This document shows positions 37,701 through 49,700 of a DNA stretch of 64,000 nt, in pieces. This DNA is from Hypanus sabinus (lineage: Eukaryota), in assembly GCF_030144855.1 (NCBI RefSeq), contig NC_082710.1:149172001-149236000 (forward strand), given 5' to 3'. Positions within the stretch are counted from its first letter, which is position 1. Every line of letters starts with the position of its first letter. A program made the translations under genes and the position numbers. A model generated the notes under the pieces. The model was not told the DNA's origin. It worked only from the letters and a program-made list of their open reading frames with translations, and did no database searches.

Positions 37701-40700
37701 GACAACCATCCACTCTTCCTTCCAGTGAGCTTTAACATCTGCGGGAGATCCACATAAATGGCATCAGATCGACAGTACAAGGTCGCACCTAACTTACAGA
37801 GAGTCTGTCTGCCTAACAAGGGGAGGGGACGGGACGGGTGTTAGTGAGGGAGGGGTCGAGAGGGGTTCCGTTATCAGTAAACTGGCTATCTTGATGGTGA
37901 TAATCAACTGTCCGTTAGCTTGCACGTCCGCGGAGGGGACACAGAAGACAGAGCAGCTCCATTTCAATCAGACAAGCCACCTCACTATTTTTACAGCCCT
38001 CATGGGCTCTGCTCTCACACTTCTGGATAGTCTGATAGCTGCTGCCTGCACCACCGGTTCTCCGGCCACCCCTATTGCTGAGGCAAGGGGTGAGTGAAAG
38101 GGAAAGTGGGCGACTGTCGATTCTCTGAAGCTCGGGGAGGGGGACGGCATGGGGGGGGGTACAGACAGTTTCGGGTCGACTGTGTAACGTCTCATTGCCT
38201 CATTACCGAGCACCGTGTCATCCTGTCCCCAGTCTCCAGGGGTGAGTATATGGCATCTGCACATTCTCCTCATCCCGGGGAGGTGTGAGTATATAGTATC
38301 TGCACATCCCCCAGGGAGGGGCGAGTAAACAGCATCTGGACCAACCAATTGTGGAAGGTGTCTTTAAGGGGTCAGGCGCCTCTGTGACCATGGCACCTAC
38401 TTCGGTTGGGGTCCAGGGTTTAATACAGGGACGTCACCCATCATGATTTTGGGGCCTGAATTGTGGGGTTTGGCCCCTCCTTTTCTTTTTTCTCTCTTCG
38501 TCCCCGTGTTTGCTGTCGAGTCACGCGGCCTCCCACAGAACCTGTAGTGCTGTTCACTTTGGCCTCGTCTCCGGCAGCCCTCGCGCCTCCTGGAGCCGTC
38601 GCGGCCCTGTCCTCATAGGGAGGGACTGATGCTGTGACAGGGGGCCTGGCTGCATTCGCCTCTGGCCTCACCCACAGACGGTGGTCATCTGTGTCCCCTC
38701 CGGGGAACACTCGGGGCTGACCGGAGATACTGTCCCAGTGGCGGTTGGGAGGCCGGGGGATTATTCTTATGCGGTCATTTATCTTTCCCAGGGGACCAGA
38801 GTCTCCTCCCATTTTATCCCAATTCGGATCCCATCTCCCATTTCCACAGTCTCTTTCCAATCTCTTATCTTACGCAAGTTACACATTCCAACATGGGACC
38901 AATCTTCTTGCGACCAACCGTACAGGTCACTACTAAACGTTACCCCGTATCGATCATCCCGTTTCACGTATTACTGTATCGGCCGGCGATCCGGGCGGTA
39001 CCAGGGTCCCCAATTAATTTTCGATGCTCTCTTACCTTCTCGAGTGCTTCTCCATCTTTTTACTTACTCTCAAGGTTCCTTCATCAGCAGGACCAGCATT
39101 ACCTGATCGACCGCTGCCGTACCCCATCCTTCTTGCCTTTTTCTCTTCTTCCTGTCAGCAGAGCGTTTTAATTTTCACGTCCCCCAAACCCCAGTTTCCC
39201 TTTGAGCTCTCATCGGTTCATGTGATCCCTTCCCGAGCAGTGGGAGTCGAGTCGCTGCATTCTTTATGATTTCTTCCAATTTCACCCCCTATCTTTTCCC
39301 AGTTCCCCAGGAACTGAGTCTCCGGACAGAGATAAGTAATCCCGGAGATGTCTCTACACTGGACGGCCTCGGAATGCCTTACTCCCAGAGTTCGGTCCCT
39401 CGAGCTGTAATCACTCCTGCCAAATCTCTCACTTACAAATCTACTCAATTGCCAGATTGTGAATGTTTGGTCCCGGCTCTCCATTTTACCATTGGATCAG
39501 CCGGGACTTTCCCCCAGACACAAGAGTCGCAGCTGCCTTGTGCACGTTAGGATAGCGACCATCAATCGCTTTCCTTTTCTACAGGGGTTTTCCCAGCTGT
39601 CCCCCCGTTCGTATCTCATTAACGCTGGGATCCTGCCGACTTGCGCCAGATGGTCGTGGAAATTTGACCTTCGGAGGGTGAAAGGAATGCTCGACTCCAG
39701 AGTCTGGTTTCGGGACCTTTATTTTACTTGGGATCAAGGAGAGAGAGAGAGAGAGAGAGAGAGCTGGTCTCCACCAGCACCCGACTGTACTCACCTGTTA
39801 CAATTGTGTCCTTTCATACTGTTCAGCATAGCAACAGCAGACTTATTATAATACGTCCAATCATTGTATAGAAATATTATCACTCTGTCAATGTGTTACC
39901 ATTCACTAAAGAAAACAGGGAAAAGTGAAGTTACAAGTTAAACTACCTTGCAGAGCTCAGTACATTAGCTGTTGTTTCTCTGGTTGCAGCAGATTTGACT
40001 CGTACCTTATCCCGCAAGAGCTTGCACGTAATGTTCTGTATTTGCACAGGAGGGTCTTTGCTTTGCTGTCTCCTTGACCCTTGTCACGTAGCTTATTAAC
40101 CCTTTTCTTCCACATGGAGGTTAACTGTAGGGATTGTGGAGGGGGTGGTGTCTGCGGGGGGGGGTGTGGGTTATTGTGGGGTGATGGAGTAACTGGGGAT
40201 TGTTGTGAAGGCAGAGGTAACTGGGGATTGTGGGGGGACTGGGTAACTGGTGATTGTGGGGAAGGCACCGTAAATTCAGGTGTATAAGCCGACCCCTTTT
40301 GAAGTGGATTTTGATATAACCAGAAAAAAATGATCGGGAACCTGGAAATTTTGTGAACCAGTACCCGCTAAGAAAATAAGCCCACACATTGTAGAGCATT
40401 ATAAGTGAATTCTTAATAAATAAATCAAGCAGGGAAGTTTTGGATTTGGTCTCCAATGGTAAAACATCCTTAGAAATGTAACCCCCGTGAAACCATTTAG
40501 CGCCCACCATAATCTCGTTAAAACGTAACACGGGGTGGCGGGATCAGGACGTGTACTCAGTATTGAGTTTGCGACCACCACATACAAAAGATTAAAATGA
40601 ATGGGATATGATGCTGGCTTCAAGCTGAAGGTTGTTGATTTTGCTAAAGGAATGAATAACCCTGCAGCTGCTAAGAAGTTTAGGGTAAAAGAGAAGCAAG

Positions 40701-43700
40701 TGAGAGAGTGGAGAAAGGCAGAGGACACGCTGAGGGAAATGCCAAAGGTAAAATGTGCAAACCGCAGGAAATCATGCCAGCGGCCAGAACTGGAAGAAAA
40801 AGTTGTAGAGTGGGTGAATCACCAGCGATCGTCTGGATACGTTGTTACCAGACAAATGATTCGAGTTCAAGCGTTGAAATGGGGCGAAAAACACCGTGAG
40901 GTCAGCGAAAATTTCAAAGCTATTCAAGGTGGTGCAGCCGATTTACGAATAGACGTGATCTTGTGTTGAGACAAAAAACAAAGCTTGCTCAGAAGTTGCC
41001 GAACGGCCTTGAGAATAAGATTATGGCCTTCCAATCGTTTGTAATCCAGCATCGAAAGGCGCTTTCTTACCCGCTCTCACTGATTGGTAACATGGACGAG
41101 GCACCAACGTTCTTTGATTTTGCTGGCAACCGCACTGTCAATCGGACGGAAAAGTCGCTACCTGTCTGGGACATGTTCAAAGTGCACTTGTGAGGTGAGA
41201 CAAAATCAGCATTGAGAGCTGAAAATGCGGACATTGCCGTCATCCCCGGTGGTGTGACATCCATGCTCCAGCCACTAGATGTGAGTTTAAACAAACCGTT
41301 GAAAGAATTCATGCGTCGACAGTGAAGCTGCAAATGACGAAGTGGAAGCAGAAATTGACAATCATATGATATGGTGACTGCGGAAGAATGGGACACAATT
41401 TCCTTCGTGTATTCGTCTTTCCAAAGTTGGCATCCTCTGTAAAAGCCGACCCCCTAATTTTAGGACCAAAATGTAGGGCCAAATTCTCGGCTTATACATC
41501 GGAATTTACAGTAGAAATTATCTCACAGGAGTTAGCATGTACAGTTCCCTATGTGCACACGTGGGATTTTGCTTTGCCTCCACAAATCCCTCGTTGTTGA
41601 CCTTCTAGCTCAACACTCATATCGTTTACCCTGTTCACATTCGTATTCTCTCATTGAGTCTCTCTCTAGGGGGGGCCTCATAACCCTCAGGAAAGGGGTG
41701 CAATTTCAGACATTCCTCCTCCTCATTGCTATCACTACTGTCCTCTTCCTCCTCCCCTTCCCTAGAGGTACCAGGCCTTCCTGTTGGTCTTCGTACATAC
41801 ATGGGGGCCAGAGTCATTGGGTTCTACCCTCGGGAGGGTAGTAGGGCACAGAGGAATCTCGTGGCCAGTAAACAAATTACCACAGTTACAAATATTGTCC
41901 CATAATGTACCAGCGTCCCCCACCAATTTCCCAGCGGCCACCACTCTCCCCCAGGTTGGGTATAGTCGTGGATATAGTTTCTCAACTTTCTCAAATCGCT
42001 CCGTTTTGGAGATTGCCCTCTTCTTGTTTCTGCTTTCACCCTTTTCCCAGTGTGGGTGGTCTGTTAAAGAGGGGTACTTCCTAACCGGGGGTACTGCAAA
42101 CCCAGGGTACCAGTCATTCTTTAGCCAGGGGTAAACTTGCTCTCCACAGATCTAAAAGGTGTTGTTTGGCAGAGGTGGGGAGTGGGGAAGGTAGTACTAT
42201 TGTGGCCGGTCCAATTACTCTTCTTTTCTCCGTTCACTTACTCCATCCTGCCTTCCACAGCCCATTCTCCTTACAGCAACAGGCGTCTCCTCTCTGTCTA
42301 TATACTACCATCCAAGAGTCTAAATGTCAGGGTAACATGGGAAATAGGGTCCATTTAGCAGACCGGTTAGCCCCCTGCATCCCATTCCCCAGTGCCATCT
42401 CTGTCTAGCCAGCAATGTGTCCATCCTCTGGGCCGTTGTAGGTGGTACCACTGGGGGTAAAATTGTTCCCCACGACATGGGGCCTGCTCCTCCCATCCAA
42501 ATCCTATAAGTCCCCTCCTCTTTTTTTTGGTGAGGGGTATAGACACAAAGGGCATCTTCCGTCCTCCTCCGGTGTGTGCTGGTATCACCATACAGACCCA
42601 ACAGCTTGTGTGGGTGGTGCTATTCACATAATCATACGCCAACTGGAGGAAGGTATTCTTGGATTCAACTCCGATTCCTCTGATTACAGTGGTTAATAGT
42701 CCAGTTATTAACAGTGAGTGGGACCACAAGGTGGTGTGGCTCCTTTCACTCGACTCGGCAGCTGAACAGGTGCTGTTCACTCCAGTTCACTCAGGTCTGT
42801 TGTCCCTCTCCTTTCTCGTAGTGCCATTTGCACCGAGGGGCGTGAATCCAGTCGGGTTTTCCTTCTCCCTTCACTGCGGTCCGAGTGACCAACCGGACTG
42901 ATAGGGTCCTTTCCACTTAGGAGAGAAAGATCCTTTTGTCACAGTTCGAACATATACCCGATCCCCTGGTTTGAAGAGGTGCACATTTCCTTCGGTCGGG
43001 AGTCTGGGCATCCCTCACTTGGCCAGGAAGCTTTTCCACCTGGGGACACAGTGCTTGTGCATATTTTAGTGTTTTTCATCGTTCCAGATCAAAGCCACTC
43101 TCTCCGGTGTCATCGGGAGCTTCATTCCCGTTGTCATTGGTCTACCCATGAATATTTTGTCTCGGTGAATCCCATAATCCTATTCTTCCGGTTTTGCAAG
43201 CATCCATTACCAGAGGCAAATCCTCTGACAGTTTAAGATCATTCTGCTGACACAGCTAGCCTGGTGCATTTCTTATTTTGTCCGTTTACCCTTTCCATCA
43301 TTCCCGAGGATTGGGATTGATAGGGAATGTGTAACTTCCACTGAAATCCCAGGGCAACTTTCAGCCCTTGCACTAATCTGTTAGTAAAATGAGTTCCCCT
43401 GTCACTATTAATGCAGAATGGAATCCCAAATCTTGGTAGGATTTCCTTCATTAGGGCATTCACTACTGTGCTGGCATCATCCTTCCTGCCTGGGAATGCC
43501 TCCACCCACTGAGAGAACATCTCTCTTACCCCAATATATACTTGTGGCCTTTCTGCACTGAGATACACACAAAGTCTATCTGTGAGTTTCCAAACGGCAT
43601 TTCTGTCTGGGACAAATGATCATACTTTGCTGGAGTCTTCCCTTTACTGTTCTGTCGACATTTCAAGCATGTCCGTGCGACCCTCTCGTCTGTGACAGTT

Positions 43701-46700
43701 ATCCCAGGGGCTTACCATTGCTGACGAGTCGCACAGTGCATCCCTCCCTTGCCCATGTGAGTCTGGCCATGGGGCGAGCAAGCCAGGGTGAAAACAAGCT
43801 TTGGGGGCAAACAACACGCCCACCAGGGTGACAGCTTCTGTCCACGCGCACTTGTGGTGTGGCAAGATCTTGGGCTTGTTGCAATCTGTCGATCCTGATG
43901 GCAGTGAGGAGCTGTCCCTCCCCTGTTGCCACCCAGGGGGTGTGGGGGGGGGCTGTAATATCGGCTGCTGCTGGAGCACCACCTGCTTCACTGTTGTGTC
44001 AGCGAAATGATTCCCTTTGGAGCCCTCGTCTCCTGCCGAGGTCTGTGCCTCACATTTAATGATGTCTCAGGCTGCGGCAACTGGATGGCCTCCAACAAGT
44101 TAATAACCAGTTGAAAATGTTTGATAGGTTTTCCAGAGGAGGTAATGAATCCTCTGTTCTTCCAGAGCTGTCCAGGATCATGGGCTACTCTCTCTAACAG
44201 GAATCAGTGTAAATGTTCACAGTCTGGCCTTGGGCCGAGTGGTTCTGCTCCCTGTGTGGACGTTCCGTTTGGCAGGGCGTCAGCCTCTGCAATCTCATCG
44301 GCAAAATGCTGTGTGGCGGCAGAATTGAGGGTCAGGGTCACGGCACGGGGTACCAACACAGCACAGGGGGGATCAAGCACTCTGGGGATGGGTTTTTCAA
44401 TCATCACGGGTGGGGCTGCCACCGCTTGGAGGGAGGGGGGCACTCCCCTCACTACGGCAGGTAGGGAGGCGGAGTAATAGGCTGCTGGTCGCTTGCCACC
44501 CCGGTATTTTTGGCATTTTACTCCGGTAGCGAGTCCTCGCTTCTTGTTAATGTACAGCAGGAAAGGCTTCTCAGAGTCAGGTAGGCCCAGGGCTGGTGCC
44601 TCATGAAGGGCATCTTTCCGTGTATCTCTGGGGCAATCGGGACCAAGTACACTGCTGGTTCTTGTAGGAGAAAGCGGATAGATACTGGCTGCCAGCATGT
44701 ATAGAAAAATCCAGAACGCAAGTCTATGACAGTGAAGGTACTGGTGGAGGTGCGTAAAGAAGTGAGGATGATGTTGGTATCGGGGAGCAGTGGGGCATTG
44801 GGGATAATGATCTTCTTGTTCTTGGGTCCTGCAAGAATCGCCATTCGTTCTGCCTTCCTGGTTTAGGAACGGGAAGGATGGGGGTGATGCAGCACCTCCT
44901 GTATCAGGTGTTACAGACACGATGCCCTCCTCTGCCTGAGCTGTCGGGCGATAATGCCGGCGAGAGCTTTCGAGTAGAGCAGAGGGTCTGGCTGGGATGG
45001 GCACTGTCACTGAAATAATGCCTTTAACATCACAGGTTTTAGAATAATCCTTCCTGTCTGCCTGTCAAAGATCTCGATGGTGAGCATAGTCGTGCCTGGG
45101 ATTAGAACAGAGATTGTCTGGGCTGGGTGTGTAATTTGTGACTGACAGTGCACCGTAGGTTCAGTGCGCTTTGGTCTGGCCTCATGGCCACTGTGAGCTG
45201 GGGGTCGACAGGACCCCTGTGAGAGAGCCCCTCTGTTTTCCATCAGTCTCGCTGTTGGTTGTTTAGTTCTGATACCCCCAGCCCTTTGGGGCCTAAGAAC
45301 AGAAGGGGCCCGGTTCTCGAGATCTCCCTGCCCCCAATGTCGGGGACTGCCTGCTCATCGTAGGTGGGATCTGCACCCTGCCTGTAGAATACATCAATTC
45401 CTCTGTGTCCGTCTCCAGGGGAGCACTCGGGGCCGACGGGAGATACTGTCCCAGTGGCGGTTGGGAGGTCAGGGGATTATACTTCTGCACTCATTTATCT
45501 TTCCTAGGGGGCCGGAGTCTCCTGGCTACCTCCACCCATTTATAAAAACAGCTGATCAAATAATCCATATCCCAATTCGGATCCCCATCTCTCATTTCCA
45601 CAGTCTCTTTCCAATCCCTTATCTCACGCAAGTTAAATGTTCCGACATAGGGCCAATCTCCTTGGGACCACCTGTACAGGTCACTACTAAATGTTACCCC
45701 GTATCGATCATCCCGTTTCACGTATTACTGTATCGGCCGGCGATCCGGGCGGTACCAGGGTCCCCAATTAATTTTCGATGCTCTCTTACCTTCTCGAGTT
45801 CTTCTCCATCTTTTTACCGACTCTCAAAGTTCCTTCATCAGCAGGACCAGCATTACCTGATCGACCGCTGCCATTCCCCATCCTTCTTGCCTTTTTCTCT
45901 TCTTCCTGTCTGCAGAGCGGTTTAATTTTCACGTCCCCCAAACCCCAGTTTCCCTTTGAGCTTTCACCGGTTCACGTGATCCCTTCCCGAGCAGTGGGAG
46001 TCGAGTCGCTGCGTTCTTTATGATTTCTTCCAATTTCCCCCCCTATCTTTTCTCAGTCCCCCAGGAACTGAGTGTCCGGACGGAGATAAGTACTCCCGGA
46101 GTTGTCTCTGCACTGGACGGCCTCGGAATGCCTTACTCCCAGAGTTCGGTCCCTCGAGCCAATCACTCCTGCCAAATCTCTCACATCTTACACATCGACT
46201 CAATTGCCAGATTGTGAAAGTTTGGTCCCGGCTCTCCATTTTACCGTTGGAGCAGCCGGGACTGTCCCCCAGACACAAGAGTCGCAGCTGTCTTGTGCAC
46301 GTTAGGATAGCGACCATCGATTGCTTTCTTTTTCTACAGGGGTTTTCCCAGCTGTCCCCCCGCTCGTATCTCATTAACGCTGGGATCCTGCCGACTTGCG
46401 CCAGATGGTCGTGGAAATTTGATCTTAGGTGAAAAGAATACTCGACTCCCAAGTCTCGTTTTGGGATCTTTATTTTACTTGGGACCAAGGAGAGAGAGAG
46501 AGAGAGAGAGAGAGAGCTGGTCTCCACCAGCACCAGACTCTGCTCTCCTTTTACAACAGTGTCCTTTTGAACAGTTCAATATAGCAACAGCAGACTTACT
46601 TACTATAATATATCCAATGGTTGTATAGGTACATTACCACTCACTAAGTATGTTACAGTTCAGTATAAAAAGCAGTTACAAGTTAAGCTACCTTGCAGAG

Positions 46701-49700
46701 CTCAGCACATTAGTTTGTGTTTCTGTCTTTGCAGCAGATTTGACTCGTACCTTATCTCACAAGAGTTAGCATGTAACGTTCTCTGTTTGCACACAGGCGT
46801 CTTTGCTTTGCTGTCTCCTAGTGGCTCTTTTCCTCCACATTGAGGGTATCTGTGGAGATTGTGCGGGGGGTGGGGTAGATTGTGGGGTGATGGGGTAACT
46901 GGGGATTGTGGGGTGATGGGGTAACTGGGGATTATGGGGGGTACAGGGTAACTGGGGGATGGGGTAACAGGTTTGTGGGGGTACAGGATAACGGGTTTGG
47001 GGTAGGGTAATGGGAGTGTGGGGGATGGGTGAAACTACAGAGGCACTGGGGATCGTGCAGGGTAGGGGTGACTGGGGATTGTGGGGTACAGGGGAACTGT
47101 GAGGTTTGTGGAGGAGTAATTGAGGATTGTGGGGAGACAGGGTATCTGTGGGTACTGGAGGGGGTTATCTGTGGGGATTGTTGGGACGGTGTAACTGGGG
47201 GGTACGGGGGATGGGGTAACTGGGGATTTGGGGGATATGGGGTAACTGGAGACTGTTGGGGGTGACGGGGTAACTGTGGGGATTGTAGGGGTGTGATTTG
47301 AGCCACGTTTAACAGATGTGGATGTCCCCCCTCCCCCCCCCCCCCCCCCGGGTGGTTCCAGGGATCCACACTTACCAGCAGATGTACGGCTGTGAGCTCC
47401 GTGACGACGGGACCACCACCGGGTTCCGTCAGCACGGCTGGGACGGGTCAGACTTCATCTCCTTCGACAAGGACCGGATGGTGTGGGTGACCCCTGTGCC
47501 CTGGGGTGTCATCACTAAGGACAAGTGGGACCGGAACACGGCCGGGAACCAGTATTGGAAGGGATACCTGGAGCAGGAGTGCATCGAATGGCTGAAGAAA
47601 TACATCAAGGCCGGGGAGAGTCACCTGAAACCCAGTGAGTGGTGGGGGGGGGGGGGGCAGAATGTATGTCTGGGAGTGACACCCCACAATTGCCCCATGC
47701 CCCCTTCCACCCATCTCCTCTCTCTCCCCCCCCGCTGTCTCCTTCCTTCCCCCCCGCCGTCTCCTTCCTTCCCCCCCGCCGTCTCCTTCCTTCCCCCCCG
47801 CCGTCTCCTTCCTTCCCCCCCGCCGTCTCCTTCCTTCCCCCCCGCCGTCTCCTTCCTTCCCCCCCGCCGTCTCCTTCCTTCCCCCCCGCCGTCTCCTTCC
47901 TTCCCCCCCGCCGTCTCCTTCCTTCCCCCCCGCCGTCTCCTTCCTTCCCCCCCGCCGTCTCCTTCCTTCCCCCCCGCCGTCTCCTTCCTTCCCCCCCGCC
48001 GTCTCCTTCCTTCCCCCCCGCCGTCTCCTTCCTTCCCCCCCGCCGTCTCCTTCCTTCCCCCCCGCCGTCTCCTTCCTTCCCCCCCGCCGTCTCCTTCCTT
48101 CCCCCCCGCCGTCTCCTTCCTTCCCCCCCGCCGTCTCCTTCCTTCCCCCCCGCCGTCTCCTTCCTTCCCCCCCGCCGTCTCCTTCCTTCCCCCCCGCCGT
48201 CTCCTTCCTTCCCCCCCGCCGTCTCCTTCCTTCCCCCCCGCCGTCTCCTTCCTTCCCCCCCGCCGTCTCCTTCCTTCCCCCCCGCCGTCTCCTTCCTTCC
48301 CCCCCGCCGTCTCCTTCCTTCCCCCCCGCCGTCTCCTTCCTTCCCCCCCGCCGTCTCCTTCCTTCCCCCCCGCCGTCTCCTTCCTTCCCCCCCGCCGTCT
48401 CCTTCCTTCCCCCCCGCCGTCTCCTTCCTTTCCCCCCGCCGTCTCCTTCCTTTCCCCCCGCCGTCTCCTTCCTTTCCCCCCGCCGTCTCCTTCCTTTCCC
48501 CCCGCCGTCTCCTTCCTTTCCCCCCGCCGTCTCCTTCCTTTCCCCCCGCCGTCTCCTTCCTTTCCCCCCGCCGTCTCCTTCCTTTCCCCCCGCCGTCTCC
48601 TTCCTTTCCCCCCGCCGTCTCCTTCCTTTCCCCCCGCCGTCTCCTCTCTCTCCCCCGCCGTCTCCTCTCTCTCCCCCGCCGTCTCCTCTCTCTCCCCCGC
48701 CGTCTCCTCTCTCTCCCCCGCCGTCTCCTCTCTCTCCCCCCGCCGTCTCCTCTCTCTCCCCCCGCCGTCTCCTCTCTCTCCCCCCGCCGTCTCCTCTCTC
48801 TCCCCCCGCCGTCTCCTCTCTCTCCCCCCGCCGTCTCCTCTCTCTCCCCCCGCCGTCTCCTCTCTCTCCCCCCGCCGTCTCCTCTCTCTCCCCCCGCCGT
48901 CTCCTCTCTCTCCCCCCGCCGTCTCCTCTCTCTCCCCCCGCCGTCTCCTCTCTCTCCCCCCGCCGTCTCCTCTCTCTCCCCCCGCCGTCTCCTCTCTCTC
49001 CCCCCGCCGTCTCCTCTCTCTCCCCCCGCCGTCTCCTCTCTCTCCCCCCGCCGTCTCCTCTCTCTCCCCCCGCCGTCTCCTCTCTCTCCCCCCGCCGTCT
49101 CCTCTCTCTCCCCCCGCCGTCTCCTCTCTCTCCCCCCGCCGTCTCCTCTCTCTCCCCCCGCCGTCTCCTCTCTCTCCCCCCGCCGCCTCCCCTCTCTCCC
49201 CCCGCCGTCTTCCGTCTCTGCCACCCCGCCGTCTCCACTCTCTCTCTGTCTTCTCTTCCTCTCGCCTTTTTCTCTCCGCCTTTGCCCTTTCCTATCACCC
49301 CCCTCCTCTTGCTCCCCTTTCTGCCCCCACTCACTGCCTCCTCTCCCCCCCCAGATCCCCCCGAAGTCTCGTTCACCGCCTCCAAGGATGGCCGCCTCCT
49401 CTCCTGTGTGGCCACTGGCTTCTACCCTCAGTCCATCGACGTGACGATTCTGCGGAATGGCCAGACCCTGGAGGAGGCCCATTCCCACGGGATCCTGCCC
49501 AATCACGACAACACCTACCAGCTGACCAGGACGGTGCAGGTGGAAGGCATGGACACAGGAAAGTTCTCCTGTCAGGTGGAACACCGGGGTCTCCCCGAGC
49601 CCCTCGTCCTGATCCAGGGTAAGAGACACGCACTAGTGGGGTGGTACATGGGCAGTGAGAGGGAGGGGGCTTGGCTGACCACTGGCCCAGGGCTGGGACA

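Noticed and set aside
28737-46839. Intact or replication-competent provirus, or a domesticated env
   Set aside because: No RT catalytic core seen, many frameshifts, and env lacks the fusion peptide/ISD/CX6CC region.
47316-49629. Very long ORFs (768, 655, 674 and 601 aa) on both strands
   Set aside because: Products of the stop-free 22-bp satellite; only the embedded alpha2 and alpha3 exons are real coding sequence.
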